Shown: in pieces, positions 53,678-62,856 of the stretch
Numbering within the stretch: the first letter of the stretch is position 1
Layout: every line of letters begins with the position of its first letter
Translations under genes and position numbers: made by a program
Notes under the pieces: model-generated
Seen by the model: only the letters and a program-made list of their open reading frames with translations
The model's database searches: none
What the model was told of the DNA's origin: nothing
Assembly (NCBI GenBank): GCA_025451835.1
Contig: JANWJR010000046.1
Location: forward strand, 5,173-69,172
Source of the DNA: Candidatus Acidiferrales bacterium
GTDB taxonomy: Bacteria; Acidobacteriota; Terriglobia; Acidiferrales; UBA7541
Direction of reading: 5' to 3'
Length of the DNA: 64,000 nt

Positions 53678-54382
53678 TCAAACGCCGATCGCACCGCCCA
53701 ACACGAGCAAGAACTGATCGATTCGTTTCTGATTCTTTTCGGGGTCGGCCGGATGCGGGAAAAGCCCTGGATCGAGCTCTTCGGTTAGAAGCGCGTCCTG
53801 AAATCGCTCCATCGTCCAATCGAGAATCGATACGATTAGCGCCGGATCAATGTCCGAGCGAACCTCGCCACGCGCGATTCCAAGCCGAACGAAGGCCGAA
53901 CTACCGTATGGGTCGTCGGTTAGCAGAAACCGATTGATCTCCCGTTTCAGCGCGAGATCGACTCCATAATTTCCAAGAAGAGAAACGCGATAAGGAACCC
54001 AGTCTTCGCGCACCAATCGCTCCGTGCGCGTCAGCCAGTAGCGCAGGATTTCAAAGAATCCCTTCGCCCGAATATTGGCGGGACAGGCTAGATAGGACGG
54101 AAAGGAATTGATCGCCTTCTTATACGCCTCAAGAAACAGGCCGGCCTTGCTGCCAAAATATTGGAAGATTGAACCCTTCGCGACTCCTAGCTCGGTGGCG
54201 AGATCTTCAACGCGCGTGGCGTGATACCCGTGCTCTGCAAAATGGCGCAGTGCCGCATCCACGATGCGCGCGCGCTTCGCTTCAAGGCGAGTTCCCGGCC
54301 CGGGATGCTTCCTTACCGCAAGCGCGGGTTCGACGACCGCAATTCTGCTTCGCGCGAGTTCATATGACCGCGAGTCATTCAT
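53678..54382 (-). CDS. TetR/AcrR family transcriptional regulator
   Basis: N-terminal HTH (IVDAALRHFAEHGYHATRVEDLATELGVAKGSIFQYFGSK). Confidence 0.85.
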   Translation of the reverse strand: MNDSRSYELARSRIAVVEPALAVRKHPGPGTRLEAKRARIVDAALRHFAEHGYHATRVEDLATELGVAKGSIFQYFGSKAGLFLEAYKKAINSFPSYLACPANIRAKGFFEILRYWLTRTERLVREDWVPYRVSLLGNYGVDLALKREINRFLLTDDPYGSSAFVRLGIARGEVRSDIDPALIVSILDWTMERFQDALLTEELDPGLFPHPADPEKNQKRIDQFLLVLGGAIGV

Positions 54383-54440
54383 AAAACCTTCCGCTTGAAT
54401 TTATCTATAACTATGCTATCAAATACAAGAACAAACTCAG

Positions 54441-54457
54441 TATGACCAGCGGTCATA
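54441..54457. promoter_or_regulatory. perfect 7-3-7 palindrome TATGACC-AGC-GGTCATA, candidate TetR operator
   Basis: Seen directly. It lies in the 85-nt divergent gap between the TetR gene (start 54382) and the oxidoreductase gene (start 54468), 11 nt from the latter's ATG. Confidence 0.45.
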
Positions 54458-54467
54458 GTAATCCAAT

Positions 54468-56078
54468 ATGCCTTCGCTGTGCAAGTCGTACGATGCAATT
54501 ATTGTCGGTGCTGGACACAACGGCCTGACAGCCGCCGCGTATTTAGCCCGGGCCGGATTTTCGACGCTCGTACTGGAAAGACGGGAAATTGTCGGGGGCT
54601 GTTGTGTCACCGAAGAAATCGCGCCCGGCTGTCGCGCTTCCACGACTTCGTACATCGCGAGCATGCTCCGCCCGACGATCATTCGCGATCTCAATCTCGG
54701 CGCGCACGGCTTGCGAATGGTTCCCTGCGATCCCTCGTTGCTTGTCCCATTTCGCGATGGGCAACTGGTCCCTTGGTGGGCCGATCACGAACGAGCGGTT
54801 GCCGAGTTCCGGAAGATTTCTCCGCGCGATGCGGAAACGTTCGTTCGAGTAGACGGCAAGCTAAAAAAGCTCGCTCGCTACCTTCAACCCTTTTTTCTCG
54901 AGCCGCCGCCTGATCCGGCCGTTCAAGGCGTCACAGGCTGGCGGGAATTGCTGCGCGTTGGAAAACGGTTCCGCGGAATCGACGGCGGAGAGATTGCGGA
55001 ACTCGTCTCATTTCTCACGGGCAGCCTCGGTGACTTTCTCGATCGCAATTATGAATCCGACAAGGTCAAAATGATGTTTCTGGCGAACAACGTTTACGGC
55101 AAGCACGGTGGCCCGTATGATCCGGGCTCGGCACTGGGCTTACTTTTTCATTTACTGAGTGGCGGCGACGGCGAAATCCAAGGATTCTACGGTCACGTGA
55201 TCGGAGGAATGGGGTCGATCACGCAGGCGCTAGCTTCTGCGGGGCGCAGACTGGGAGTGGAGATTCAGACGTCCGCTCCTGTGGCTAGGATTGATTCTCG
55301 AGATGGCAGGGCGCGCGGCGTAATCCTTGAAGATGGCACGGAAATTACGAGTCGCGCTGTTCTCTCAAATGCGGATCCCAAGAGGACGTTTTTGGGCTTG
55401 GTAGATCCGAACGAGTTGCCATCAGATTTTCGACACGCGATCCTGGGAATCAAGATGGACGGCCCTTGCGCGAAAATGAATTTCGTTCTCAGCGAAGAAC
55501 CTCGCCTGATCGGGATGCCGCGCGACTGGACGGCTTCGCAGCGCGCGCTCTTCACGCTCGTGCCATCGCTGGAATTTGCCGAGCGTTGCTACGACATCGC
55601 CAAATTCGGTGAAATTCCCGAGGAGTTGTGGGTCGACTGCGTGGTTGCCTCGAACGCCGACTCGACTCTCGTCCCCCAAGGCATGCATGTGATGACCACA
55701 TTCATCCAATACGTGCCGTACAAGCTGCGGCAGGGAACTTGGGATGAAAAGCGCGAGTTTCTTGGCGACCGCGTGGTGAAAAAAATCGCCGAATATGCAC
55801 CGAATGTCCCGAATTCAATCGTCGCGCGGCAGGTGCTGACACCGCTCGATCTCGAGCGGACTTATGGGCTCACCGAAGGCAACATTTTTCACGGCGATCT
55901 TTCCCTCGATCAGCTTTTCTTCATGCGTCCTGTTCCCGGATGGTCGCAGTACCGCACCCCGGTGAGCGGGCTTTATCTGTGCGGCGCTGGCGCACATCCG
56001 GGAGGCGGAGTGACGGGCGCACCCGGATACAACGCGGCTCGTCAGGTTCTACGAGATTTGAAGCGAGGGCGCTTGTAG
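54468..56078 (+). CDS. FAD/NAD(P)-dependent oxidoreductase, phytoene-desaturase/amine-oxidase superfamily
   Basis: 536 aa. N-terminal dinucleotide fold YDAIIVGAGHNGLTAAAYLARAG. C-terminal GLYLCGAGAHPGGGVTG. Confidence 0.8.
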   Translation: MPSLCKSYDAIIVGAGHNGLTAAAYLARAGFSTLVLERREIVGGCCVTEEIAPGCRASTTSYIASMLRPTIIRDLNLGAHGLRMVPCDPSLLVPFRDGQLVPWWADHERAVAEFRKISPRDAETFVRVDGKLKKLARYLQPFFLEPPPDPAVQGVTGWRELLRVGKRFRGIDGGEIAELVSFLTGSLGDFLDRNYESDKVKMMFLANNVYGKHGGPYDPGSALGLLFHLLSGGDGEIQGFYGHVIGGMGSITQALASAGRRLGVEIQTSAPVARIDSRDGRARGVILEDGTEITSRAVLSNADPKRTFLGLVDPNELPSDFRHAILGIKMDGPCAKMNFVLSEEPRLIGMPRDWTASQRALFTLVPSLEFAERCYDIAKFGEIPEELWVDCVVASNADSTLVPQGMHVMTTFIQYVPYKLRQGTWDEKREFLGDRVVKKIAEYAPNVPNSIVARQVLTPLDLERTYGLTEGNIFHGDLSLDQLFFMRPVPGWSQYRTPVSGLYLCGAGAHPGGGVTGAPGYNAARQVLRDLKRGRL

Positions 56079-56147
56079 AGAGCAGTTGTCTGAATTTTCC
56101 GCGCCGCGGACCTGCGGCGCATGAATCGCAATCAAGAAGGAGCGGAC

Positions 56148-57143
56148 ATGAAAAAGAAAAGCATTCTTGAAAAGCTCGCGGAAGGTCCGGTGCTTGGCGA
56201 TGGCGGTTATCTTCTTGAACTTGAAAAGCGCGGCCGCGTGCGAGCGGGACCGTTCACGCCGGAAGTGGCGCTCGATCATCCCGAATCCTTGCTCGAGCTG
56301 CACCGCGAATTTCGTGACGCAGGCGCGGAAGTGCTTCAATCTCTGACGTTTTACGCGAGCCGCGACAAGTTGGCGACTGTTGGCATGGGCGATCGCGTCG
56401 CGGAGTTGAATCGCGCGGCGGTCCGGCTGGCCAAGCAAGCCGCCGGAGATAAGTGTCTCGTCGCCGGAAATCTCAGTCTCACGTGGATGTATGAGCCTAG
56501 CAACAAAAAGTCAGACGATCGTGTCCGCAAGACTTTCGACGAGCAGCTCGACGTGCAGACGTCGGAAGGTGTGGACTTCATCATCGGCGAGACGTTTTCG
56601 TGGCTCGGCGAGGCGTTGCTTTGCGTTGAGCGCGCAAAACGCACGGGACTGCCCGTGATGGTGACGGTCTGCTTCGAGAACGAAGATGTGACGCCGGACG
56701 GCAAGAAGGCCGGGGACGTTGCCAAGGCGCTGGCCGACGCCGGAGCGGACATCGTTGGAATCAATTGCCTTCGCGGCCCGGAACACACGTTGCCGCTGAT
56801 GGCCCAGATGCGCAAGAGTGTGAAGGGCTACATCGGCTGCCAGCCTGTGGCTTACCGCACACCTCACGATCACCGCGATTTCACGAGTCTGCCCGCTTTT
56901 CCGGACCAACTCGATCCATATCAGCTTACGCGACGCGAAATGGGAGAATATGCGATGAAGGCGCGCGAAATGGGCGTGAATTACATCGGCGCGTGTTGCG
57001 GCGCGGTCGCGTCGCATATCCGCGAAATGGCGCGCGTTCTGGGCAAGGTGTCGGCCGATGATCGCGTGTGGAATAAAGGCGGAGACAAGCCGATGTCGGC
57101 CTATGAGTATTACGGCCACGACAAAGCGAAGGCTCAGTCCTAG
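56148..57143 (+). CDS. betaine-homocysteine S-methyltransferase-like (Pfam S-methyl_trans)
   Basis: Resembles animal BHMT along its length (ELEKRGRVRAGPFTPEVALDHPESLLELHREFRDAGAEVLQSLTFYAS). Zinc ligands are present: INC and GACCG. AAGGAG RBS lies before ATG 56148. Confidence 0.8.
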   Translation: MKKKSILEKLAEGPVLGDGGYLLELEKRGRVRAGPFTPEVALDHPESLLELHREFRDAGAEVLQSLTFYASRDKLATVGMGDRVAELNRAAVRLAKQAAGDKCLVAGNLSLTWMYEPSNKKSDDRVRKTFDEQLDVQTSEGVDFIIGETFSWLGEALLCVERAKRTGLPVMVTVCFENEDVTPDGKKAGDVAKALADAGADIVGINCLRGPEHTLPLMAQMRKSVKGYIGCQPVAYRTPHDHRDFTSLPAFPDQLDPYQLTRREMGEYAMKAREMGVNYIGACCGAVASHIREMARVLGKVSADDRVWNKGGDKPMSAYEYYGHDKAKAQS

Positions 57144-57226
57144 TTAATTCTGAAGTCGCTCGATTTTCGCACTGGGCGGGGGCATGATGTGCGACACGTG
57201 TCCATGCTTCGCAGAGAATTTCGTTG

Positions 57227-58657
57227 ATGGCTGAAGCCGGAAGTCCTACCCGGCCGCGCCGGGCGATGGGTTTTCGGGATCTGGTGTTGTTTTACATCGT
57301 CACCGGAATCAGCCTGCGCTGGATTGCAACAGCGGCGACGCTTGGCGCGAGTGCCGTCGTCGTATGGCTGATCGCGTGGTGCGCGTTCTACCTTCCGCTC
57401 GCGTTCTCCGTGATGGAGCTATCGTCCCGTTATCCGCAAGAGGGCGGGCTTTACGTATGGTCGAAGCACGCGTTCGGCGAATTCCCCGGGTTCATTACCG
57501 GCTGGACATATTGGGCGAGCAATCTTCCTTATTATCCTGCGATACTTTATTTCACGGCGGGCAATGCGCTGTACATCGGTCCGGCGCACTGGCAATCGCT
57601 GGCCAATAACCGAACGTACTTTCTTCTTTTCGCTCTGTGCGGTCTGGCACTCGCGACATTCCTGAACCTGATCGGGCTCTCCGTGGGGAAATGGCTGCAC
57701 AATCTTGGCGCAATTGGCACCTGGCTTCCGATCGCTATATTGATTGGCATTGCCTTTATTGCCTGGCATCGATTCGGGTCCGCGACGCATTTCTTCACGG
57801 CCACGATGATTCCGCGCACCCACTTTCGCGACATTCTCTTCTGGGCGACGATCGTTTTCGCGCTCGGTGGCTCCGAGTCCGCATCGTTTCTCGGGGGTGA
57901 AGTTCACAACGCGAGAAAGAATCTTCCGCGTGGACTTCTGGCCGGCGGCGTGTTCGTCACAGTCGGTTATATTGCGGGCACGATCGCGGTGCTCGTGTCG
58001 CTGCCGGCCAGCCAAATGAATGGTCTCGAAGGAATTATGCAAGCGATCACAAGATCAGCCGACCGGATCGGCCTCGTCGGAATCGGCGCAACGGCCGCTC
58101 TGCTGATCACCGTGAGCAACCTCGGAGCCTTGGGCGCATGGCTGGCGGTTTCCGCCCGGCTTCCATTCGTTGCCGGCCTTGATCGGTATCTTCCTGCCGT
58201 CTTTGCCCGCATACATCCGAAGTGGGGCACGCCATACGTGGCGCTTCTCGTGCAAGCGGCGATGGGCGCAGTGTTTATCGTCCTCGGCCAAGCCGGCACC
58301 AGCGTCTACGGGGCGTATGAAGTTCTCGTCAGCATGGGAATTATTTCGTACTTCATACCGTATCTGTTCGTCTTCGGTGCGTTGATCCGATTGCAGCGCG
58401 AGCCTGCCGGGCCGGGCGTCATCCGAATTCCCGGCGGAAAGCCGGCCGCGACCGCGTTGGGCGTGCTTGGTTTTACGACCACGCTCATCACTATCGGATT
58501 TTCGGTTCTTCCGGCGCCCGATGACCCACACCAATTGCTGGCGGTGGTGAAGATTGTGGGCCTCACCGCGCTTCTGCTTGCGCTCGGCGTTGTCACGTTT
58601 GTTTGGGGCAAATCGCGCGCTGCCCGCGAAGCCGCACCTCCAGACTTCGAAACCTGA
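57227..58657 (+). CDS. APC superfamily amino acid/amine permease
   Basis: About 476 aa with roughly 12 TM segments. ATG 57227 is adjacent to the track's TTG at 57224. Confidence 0.8.
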   Translation: MAEAGSPTRPRRAMGFRDLVLFYIVTGISLRWIATAATLGASAVVVWLIAWCAFYLPLAFSVMELSSRYPQEGGLYVWSKHAFGEFPGFITGWTYWASNLPYYPAILYFTAGNALYIGPAHWQSLANNRTYFLLFALCGLALATFLNLIGLSVGKWLHNLGAIGTWLPIAILIGIAFIAWHRFGSATHFFTATMIPRTHFRDILFWATIVFALGGSESASFLGGEVHNARKNLPRGLLAGGVFVTVGYIAGTIAVLVSLPASQMNGLEGIMQAITRSADRIGLVGIGATAALLITVSNLGALGAWLAVSARLPFVAGLDRYLPAVFARIHPKWGTPYVALLVQAAMGAVFIVLGQAGTSVYGAYEVLVSMGIISYFIPYLFVFGALIRLQREPAGPGVIRIPGGKPAATALGVLGFTTTLITIGFSVLPAPDDPHQLLAVVKIVGLTALLLALGVVTFVWGKSRAAREAAPPDFET

Positions 58658-58805
58658 TCATCCCCCAATCGTTCTGTTCAAGGAAGTAACGCTTTCAACA
58701 TGCCTCTACTTACTCGCCGGCGGACGATATCGCTCTGTCGCTAGACTTGGGTTTCACGGGAACGCCGGGCGCGCGGTCGTGCGCCCGCGATGAAAGTTCC
58801 AGAAC

Positions 58806-61040
58806 TTGGAAGGCGAGGGTCAGGCTGTGGGCGCGAAAGCTGAAGCTATTCCTGTAACTCACATTGCCGCGTCGCCAACGGGGCCTTGGATTTATAGGCC
58901 ATGGCTCGATCTGCTCGTTGGATGTGGCGCGTGGTCCGCTCCCCTGCTAGCAATTGCACTATGGATCAAGCCCTCGCAGGGTCACGGCTGGGCGGTCTCC
59001 TTTTATCTGCTTGCACTGGTATTCAACTATCCGCATTTCATGGCCACGGTGTATCGCGCCTACCGAACTCGCGAGGATTTCGAAAAATACAAATTCTTTA
59101 CCTTGCACCTCACGTTGCTGCTCGTGCTCACGGGCGTTGTCGTTCACATTTCGCCCAGCCTGTTTCCATGGCTCTTCACTCTGTATATTTGCTGGAGTCC
59201 CTGGCATTACAGCGGTCAGAACTACGGGCTAATGATGATGTTCGCACGGCGCGGTGGCGCGACGATTACGCCACTCGAGCGGCGCTGGCTGCATGCGGCG
59301 TTTATCGCGTCTTACACCATGCTTCTCGCGAGTTTTGAGACCGGCGGTTCGTCCGACCCGCTGATCCTTTCTCTCGGTCTCTCGCTCAAATTCACGCTGC
59401 CCGCTCGTTTCTTACTTGGAGGGGTTTTTGCCACCTGCGCGTTCTTCGGTTTCGAGCGGCTCGTTCGGAGGCACGGAGTGCGCCTGATGGCCGCGCCGCT
59501 GACGCTGGTTTTGACCCAATTCCTCTGGTTCGTTCTGCCGACGATCCTAGAATTGAACTCAGCGTATCAGGTACCGCAAACGCGCTACAGCAGCGGGATT
59601 CTTGCCGTGATGCACTCAGCGCAATATCTATGGATCACAAGTTACTATCAAAGGCGTGAAGCCCGGGCCGCTGGCCAATCGAGCTGGCGCATGGCGGGAT
59701 ATTTTCTGACACTGGTGGCAGGCGGTATTGCCTTGTTTATTCCCGGCCCTTGGCTCGTAAGCAAAATCTTCCGATTCGATTTCACGACGAGTTTTCTCAT
59801 CTTCACGGCAATCGTCAACATCCACCATTTCATACTCGATGGTGCTCTCTGGAAGTTGCGAGACTCGCGAGTCTCCTCCCTGCTGATCACTCACGATGCC
59901 AAGGGCCCCGCCGGTCGCAATGCGCCGGACCTTAAGCTCGCCGCGACTTTATCCCGGTTAGGGAGACGCATGTTCACCCACCCCGCAGTTCGGATGAGCC
60001 TCGTGGGCCTGCTGTTTTTCTGTGGTGGAATGGATCAAGTCCACTTCGCTCTCGGTACCAACCCCGAGAATTTGTCGTCTCTGTTGCGAGCGGCTCACAT
60101 GGAGCCCTATGACAGCGCGATACAGGCGCGCATCGCCTCGGCGGAGGAAAGGGCAGGCCGGGGAAAAGAAGCAGTCGAGGCATGGAAGCGTGCGGTAACT
60201 ATGAACCCGGAAAACCTCGGTCTGCAGCACTCGTATGCCCACGCGCTTATTGAAGAGGGCCGCTACGATGAGGCCTACGAACTGTATGGCAAAATGCTCA
60301 AATTGTTCCCGCGCGATTCCGAGGCATTCGTAAACTACGGGTTGCTTGCGGCACGTATGGGCAATGCGGACGCGGCGATGGATTCCTGGCAGCGCGCCGT
60401 TGATGCAAATGCGGGCGAGCGAAATGCCCATCTCTATCTTGCGGAAGGTTTCGACAAGCGGGACAATCCGGCTGCTGCTGCCCCCCATTGGGAAGCGTTC
60501 TTGCGTCTTTCATCCCCAAGCGCGGACGGCTCCGCGGTTTCGCCCGAAGAGATGATTTCAGCAGCCATCCAGTTGGCGGATGACGACACGAGCATCAACC
60601 GCAATAATACCGCCCTTTCCGCCTATCATGCGGCGGTCACACTTTCCCAACGAACGAACGATGCAAAATTGGAAAGCGTTGCTTTGAGTCATCTGGCCGC
60701 CCTACAAGACAGAAGTGGAAATGCAAAATCTGCCGCAGCCTCGTATCAGCAGGGTCTCGCACTCGACGCCAAGACAAATGACTCGCAGGGCGCGGCCATT
60801 GACTGGTTTAATTACGGACAGTTCCTGCGGAGCCGCGCGGTCTCGACTGAACTGGCCTACGCCTGCTTGCTGCACGCGGAAGACTTATTGGTGCCGGCGA
60901 GTGGCAAAGAACTGAAAACCGTCCGGGACGCGCGAAAACAAATGGAAAGCAGTCTCGGAAAGAAAGAAACTGCTGCCGCCCGAAAGATGCTTCCGGAACT
61001 GCTGTCTCGTGCCGCAGTGCTCCCTGCAACGTCGTTCTAG
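58806..61040 (+). CDS. polytopic membrane protein (about 11 TM, conserved His motifs) fused to a C-terminal TPR domain
   Basis: 744 aa. His-containing motifs lie in or next to TM segments (NYPHF, SPWHYSGQNYG, MHSAQYLW, VNIHHFILDGALWKLR). About 330 aa of TPR-like repeats follow (AWKRAVTMNPEN, SWQRAVDANAGE). Start codon uncertain (TTG). Confidence 0.65.
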   Translation: MEGEGQAVGAKAEAIPVTHIAASPTGPWIYRPWLDLLVGCGAWSAPLLAIALWIKPSQGHGWAVSFYLLALVFNYPHFMATVYRAYRTREDFEKYKFFTLHLTLLLVLTGVVVHISPSLFPWLFTLYICWSPWHYSGQNYGLMMMFARRGGATITPLERRWLHAAFIASYTMLLASFETGGSSDPLILSLGLSLKFTLPARFLLGGVFATCAFFGFERLVRRHGVRLMAAPLTLVLTQFLWFVLPTILELNSAYQVPQTRYSSGILAVMHSAQYLWITSYYQRREARAAGQSSWRMAGYFLTLVAGGIALFIPGPWLVSKIFRFDFTTSFLIFTAIVNIHHFILDGALWKLRDSRVSSLLITHDAKGPAGRNAPDLKLAATLSRLGRRMFTHPAVRMSLVGLLFFCGGMDQVHFALGTNPENLSSLLRAAHMEPYDSAIQARIASAEERAGRGKEAVEAWKRAVTMNPENLGLQHSYAHALIEEGRYDEAYELYGKMLKLFPRDSEAFVNYGLLAARMGNADAAMDSWQRAVDANAGERNAHLYLAEGFDKRDNPAAAAPHWEAFLRLSSPSADGSAVSPEEMISAAIQLADDDTSINRNNTALSAYHAAVTLSQRTNDAKLESVALSHLAALQDRSGNAKSAAASYQQGLALDAKTNDSQGAAIDWFNYGQFLRSRAVSTELAYACLLHAEDLLVPASGKELKTVRDARKQMESSLGKKETAAARKMLPELLSRAAVLPATSF

Positions 61041-61277
61041 ATCTTAACCTCTCGAGTGTTTTCTGCTTCGTTCCACTTCCCTTGCGTGGCGGTTTGGTTT
61101 ATAGCGGTCAAACGATTTATATGTACGCTGGCGGTTCCTGTGGAAACGATTTGTGCCAGGCCGGTTCCAATTATTTCTTCTATCGATGGGGTATACTCGG
61201 ACGATTTCTTGTGCTGGAGTGCGCGGAATTCAATTGGAAGGGCGTCCGAGGCCGCACCGGACGCTGGAAAAGAGCCT

Positions 61278-62030
61278 ATGCGAGGCCTCAAAGATAAACG
61301 TGTTCTGGTGACCGGGGGGGCAAGTGGCATCGGCGCGGCGACGGCCGCGCGATTTCTCGAGGAAGGCTCACGCGTGTGTGTGCTCGACCGAGATGCACGA
61401 GGCCGCGAACAGATCGCTCGTGACTTGCCGGCGCTATCGGGCGTGATTGCAACCGATGTGGCGCGACTGACTGAAGTGAAAGCGGGTTTTGCCGAAGCGA
61501 TCGGGCAAATGGGCGGCGTTGATATTGTCATCAATAATGCGGGCGTCAGCATCCGTCACAACTTTCTCGATATAACGGCGGAGGAATGGGATCGCCTGAT
61601 GGCGGTGAATCTCACGGGCGTATTCTATGTAGCTCAAACCGCTGCGCGCCACATGTTCGACCGCGGAAACGGCGTGATATTGAACATGGGTTCGACCAAT
61701 GGCCTCGTCGGTCATCCGCACTACGCCGATTACAACGCAACGAAGGCGGGCGTCATTCAGTTGACGCGCTCGATGGCGATTGAGCTTGCGCCGAAAGTGC
61801 GCGTCAACGCTGTCGCGCCAGGTTACGTTCTTACGCCGATGCAGCGAGCCGAATACACCAACGAAATGTTGGATGAAGTTAATCGGAAGATTCCGTTGCG
61901 CCGCCACGCCAGGCCCGAAGAGATCGCGGCCCTGTTCGCGTTCCTTGCATCCGACGATGCGAGCTACATCACCGGGAACGTCTACACAATCGACGGCGGC
62001 GAGACCGCAGGAGGAATGGCTAGCCGCTAA
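61278..62030 (+). CDS. SDR family oxidoreductase
   Basis: TGGASGIGAA, NNAG, YADYNATK. ATG 61278 is preferred to the track start at 61056. Confidence 0.85.
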   Translation: MRGLKDKRVLVTGGASGIGAATAARFLEEGSRVCVLDRDARGREQIARDLPALSGVIATDVARLTEVKAGFAEAIGQMGGVDIVINNAGVSIRHNFLDITAEEWDRLMAVNLTGVFYVAQTAARHMFDRGNGVILNMGSTNGLVGHPHYADYNATKAGVIQLTRSMAIELAPKVRVNAVAPGYVLTPMQRAEYTNEMLDEVNRKIPLRRHARPEEIAALFAFLASDDASYITGNVYTIDGGETAGGMASR

Positions 62031-62824
62031 TGGACAGCGATTTCAGGGAGAAACCCGCGGATGGCGGAGCGCTGCGTGGGAAAGTGGTGCTGATCAGCGG
62101 CGGCGCCTCCGGAATCGGCCGGGCAACCGCGCTACTTTTCGCGCGCGAAGGGGCCTCCGTTGGAATTGCCGACACAAATCGTGCCAGCGGGCGAGCGGTC
62201 GCGGCTGAAATCAATGCCAGCGGCGGCCTCGCGATCTTCGAACCTTGCGATGCAGCCCGCGCTGACGATTGCAAACGCGCAGTCGATCGCACCGTTCGTG
62301 AATTCAGCGGGCTACATGTTCTTTTCAATAATGCGGGGATCATCCGGAGGGGCAGCGTGGTGGAACTGGCCGAAGAAGACTGGACGCGCGTGATGGACGT
62401 CAACCTGAAGTCCATGTTTCTGCTTTCAAGATTTGCGATCCCAGCGATGATGAAATCGGGAGGCGGTTCGATTATCCACATGGGATCAGGGTGGGGGCTG
62501 GCGGGAGGGCCGAGGGCCGCGGTCTATTGCGCATCGAAAGGAGCCGTCGTGCAGTTGACTCGCGCGATGGCGATCGACCACGGGCCGCAAAATATCCGCG
62601 TGAATTGCCTGTGTCCGGGCGATACGGACACTCCCTTACTGCAGGGTGAAGCGCGACAACTCGGTGAGTCGAGGGTTCACTTTTTCGCAAATGCTGCCAA
62701 GCGGCCGCTTGGCCGGATCGGAACGCCGGAAGAAATTGCCAGGGCTGCTCTTTATCTCGCGCAGGATGCATCGTCATTCGTCACCGGCACGATGTTGGTG
62801 ATCGATGGCGGTGGCCTGGCCTGA
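62030..62824 (+). CDS. SDR family oxidoreductase
   Basis: SGGASGIGRA, NNAG, YCASK. Its start overlaps the previous stop by 1 nt. Confidence 0.85.
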   Translation: MDSDFREKPADGGALRGKVVLISGGASGIGRATALLFAREGASVGIADTNRASGRAVAAEINASGGLAIFEPCDAARADDCKRAVDRTVREFSGLHVLFNNAGIIRRGSVVELAEEDWTRVMDVNLKSMFLLSRFAIPAMMKSGGGSIIHMGSGWGLAGGPRAAVYCASKGAVVQLTRAMAIDHGPQNIRVNCLCPGDTDTPLLQGEARQLGESRVHFFANAAKRPLGRIGTPEEIARAALYLAQDASSFVTGTMLVIDGGGLA

Positions 62825-62856
62825 TTTCACTTGGATGAGTGGGAGAATCCTTGAAG

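Noticed and set aside
53671-53685. GCGTTT-TTC-AAACGC hairpin overlapping the TetR stop codon
   Set aside because: The stem is only 6 bp and AT-rich, with a weak T-tract on the minus strand. It is too marginal to annotate.
56101-56120. Perfect GCGCCGC-GGACCT-GCGGCGC hairpin between the oxidoreductase and BHMT-like genes
   Set aside because: No U-tract follows on either strand, so I do not call it an intrinsic terminator. GC-rich stems like this arise easily in GC-rich DNA. It may still affect mRNA stability.
58766-58787. CGGGCGC-N8-GCGCCCG hairpin downstream of the APC permease gene
   Set aside because: It has no U-tract, a short stem and a large loop, which is not enough to call a terminator.
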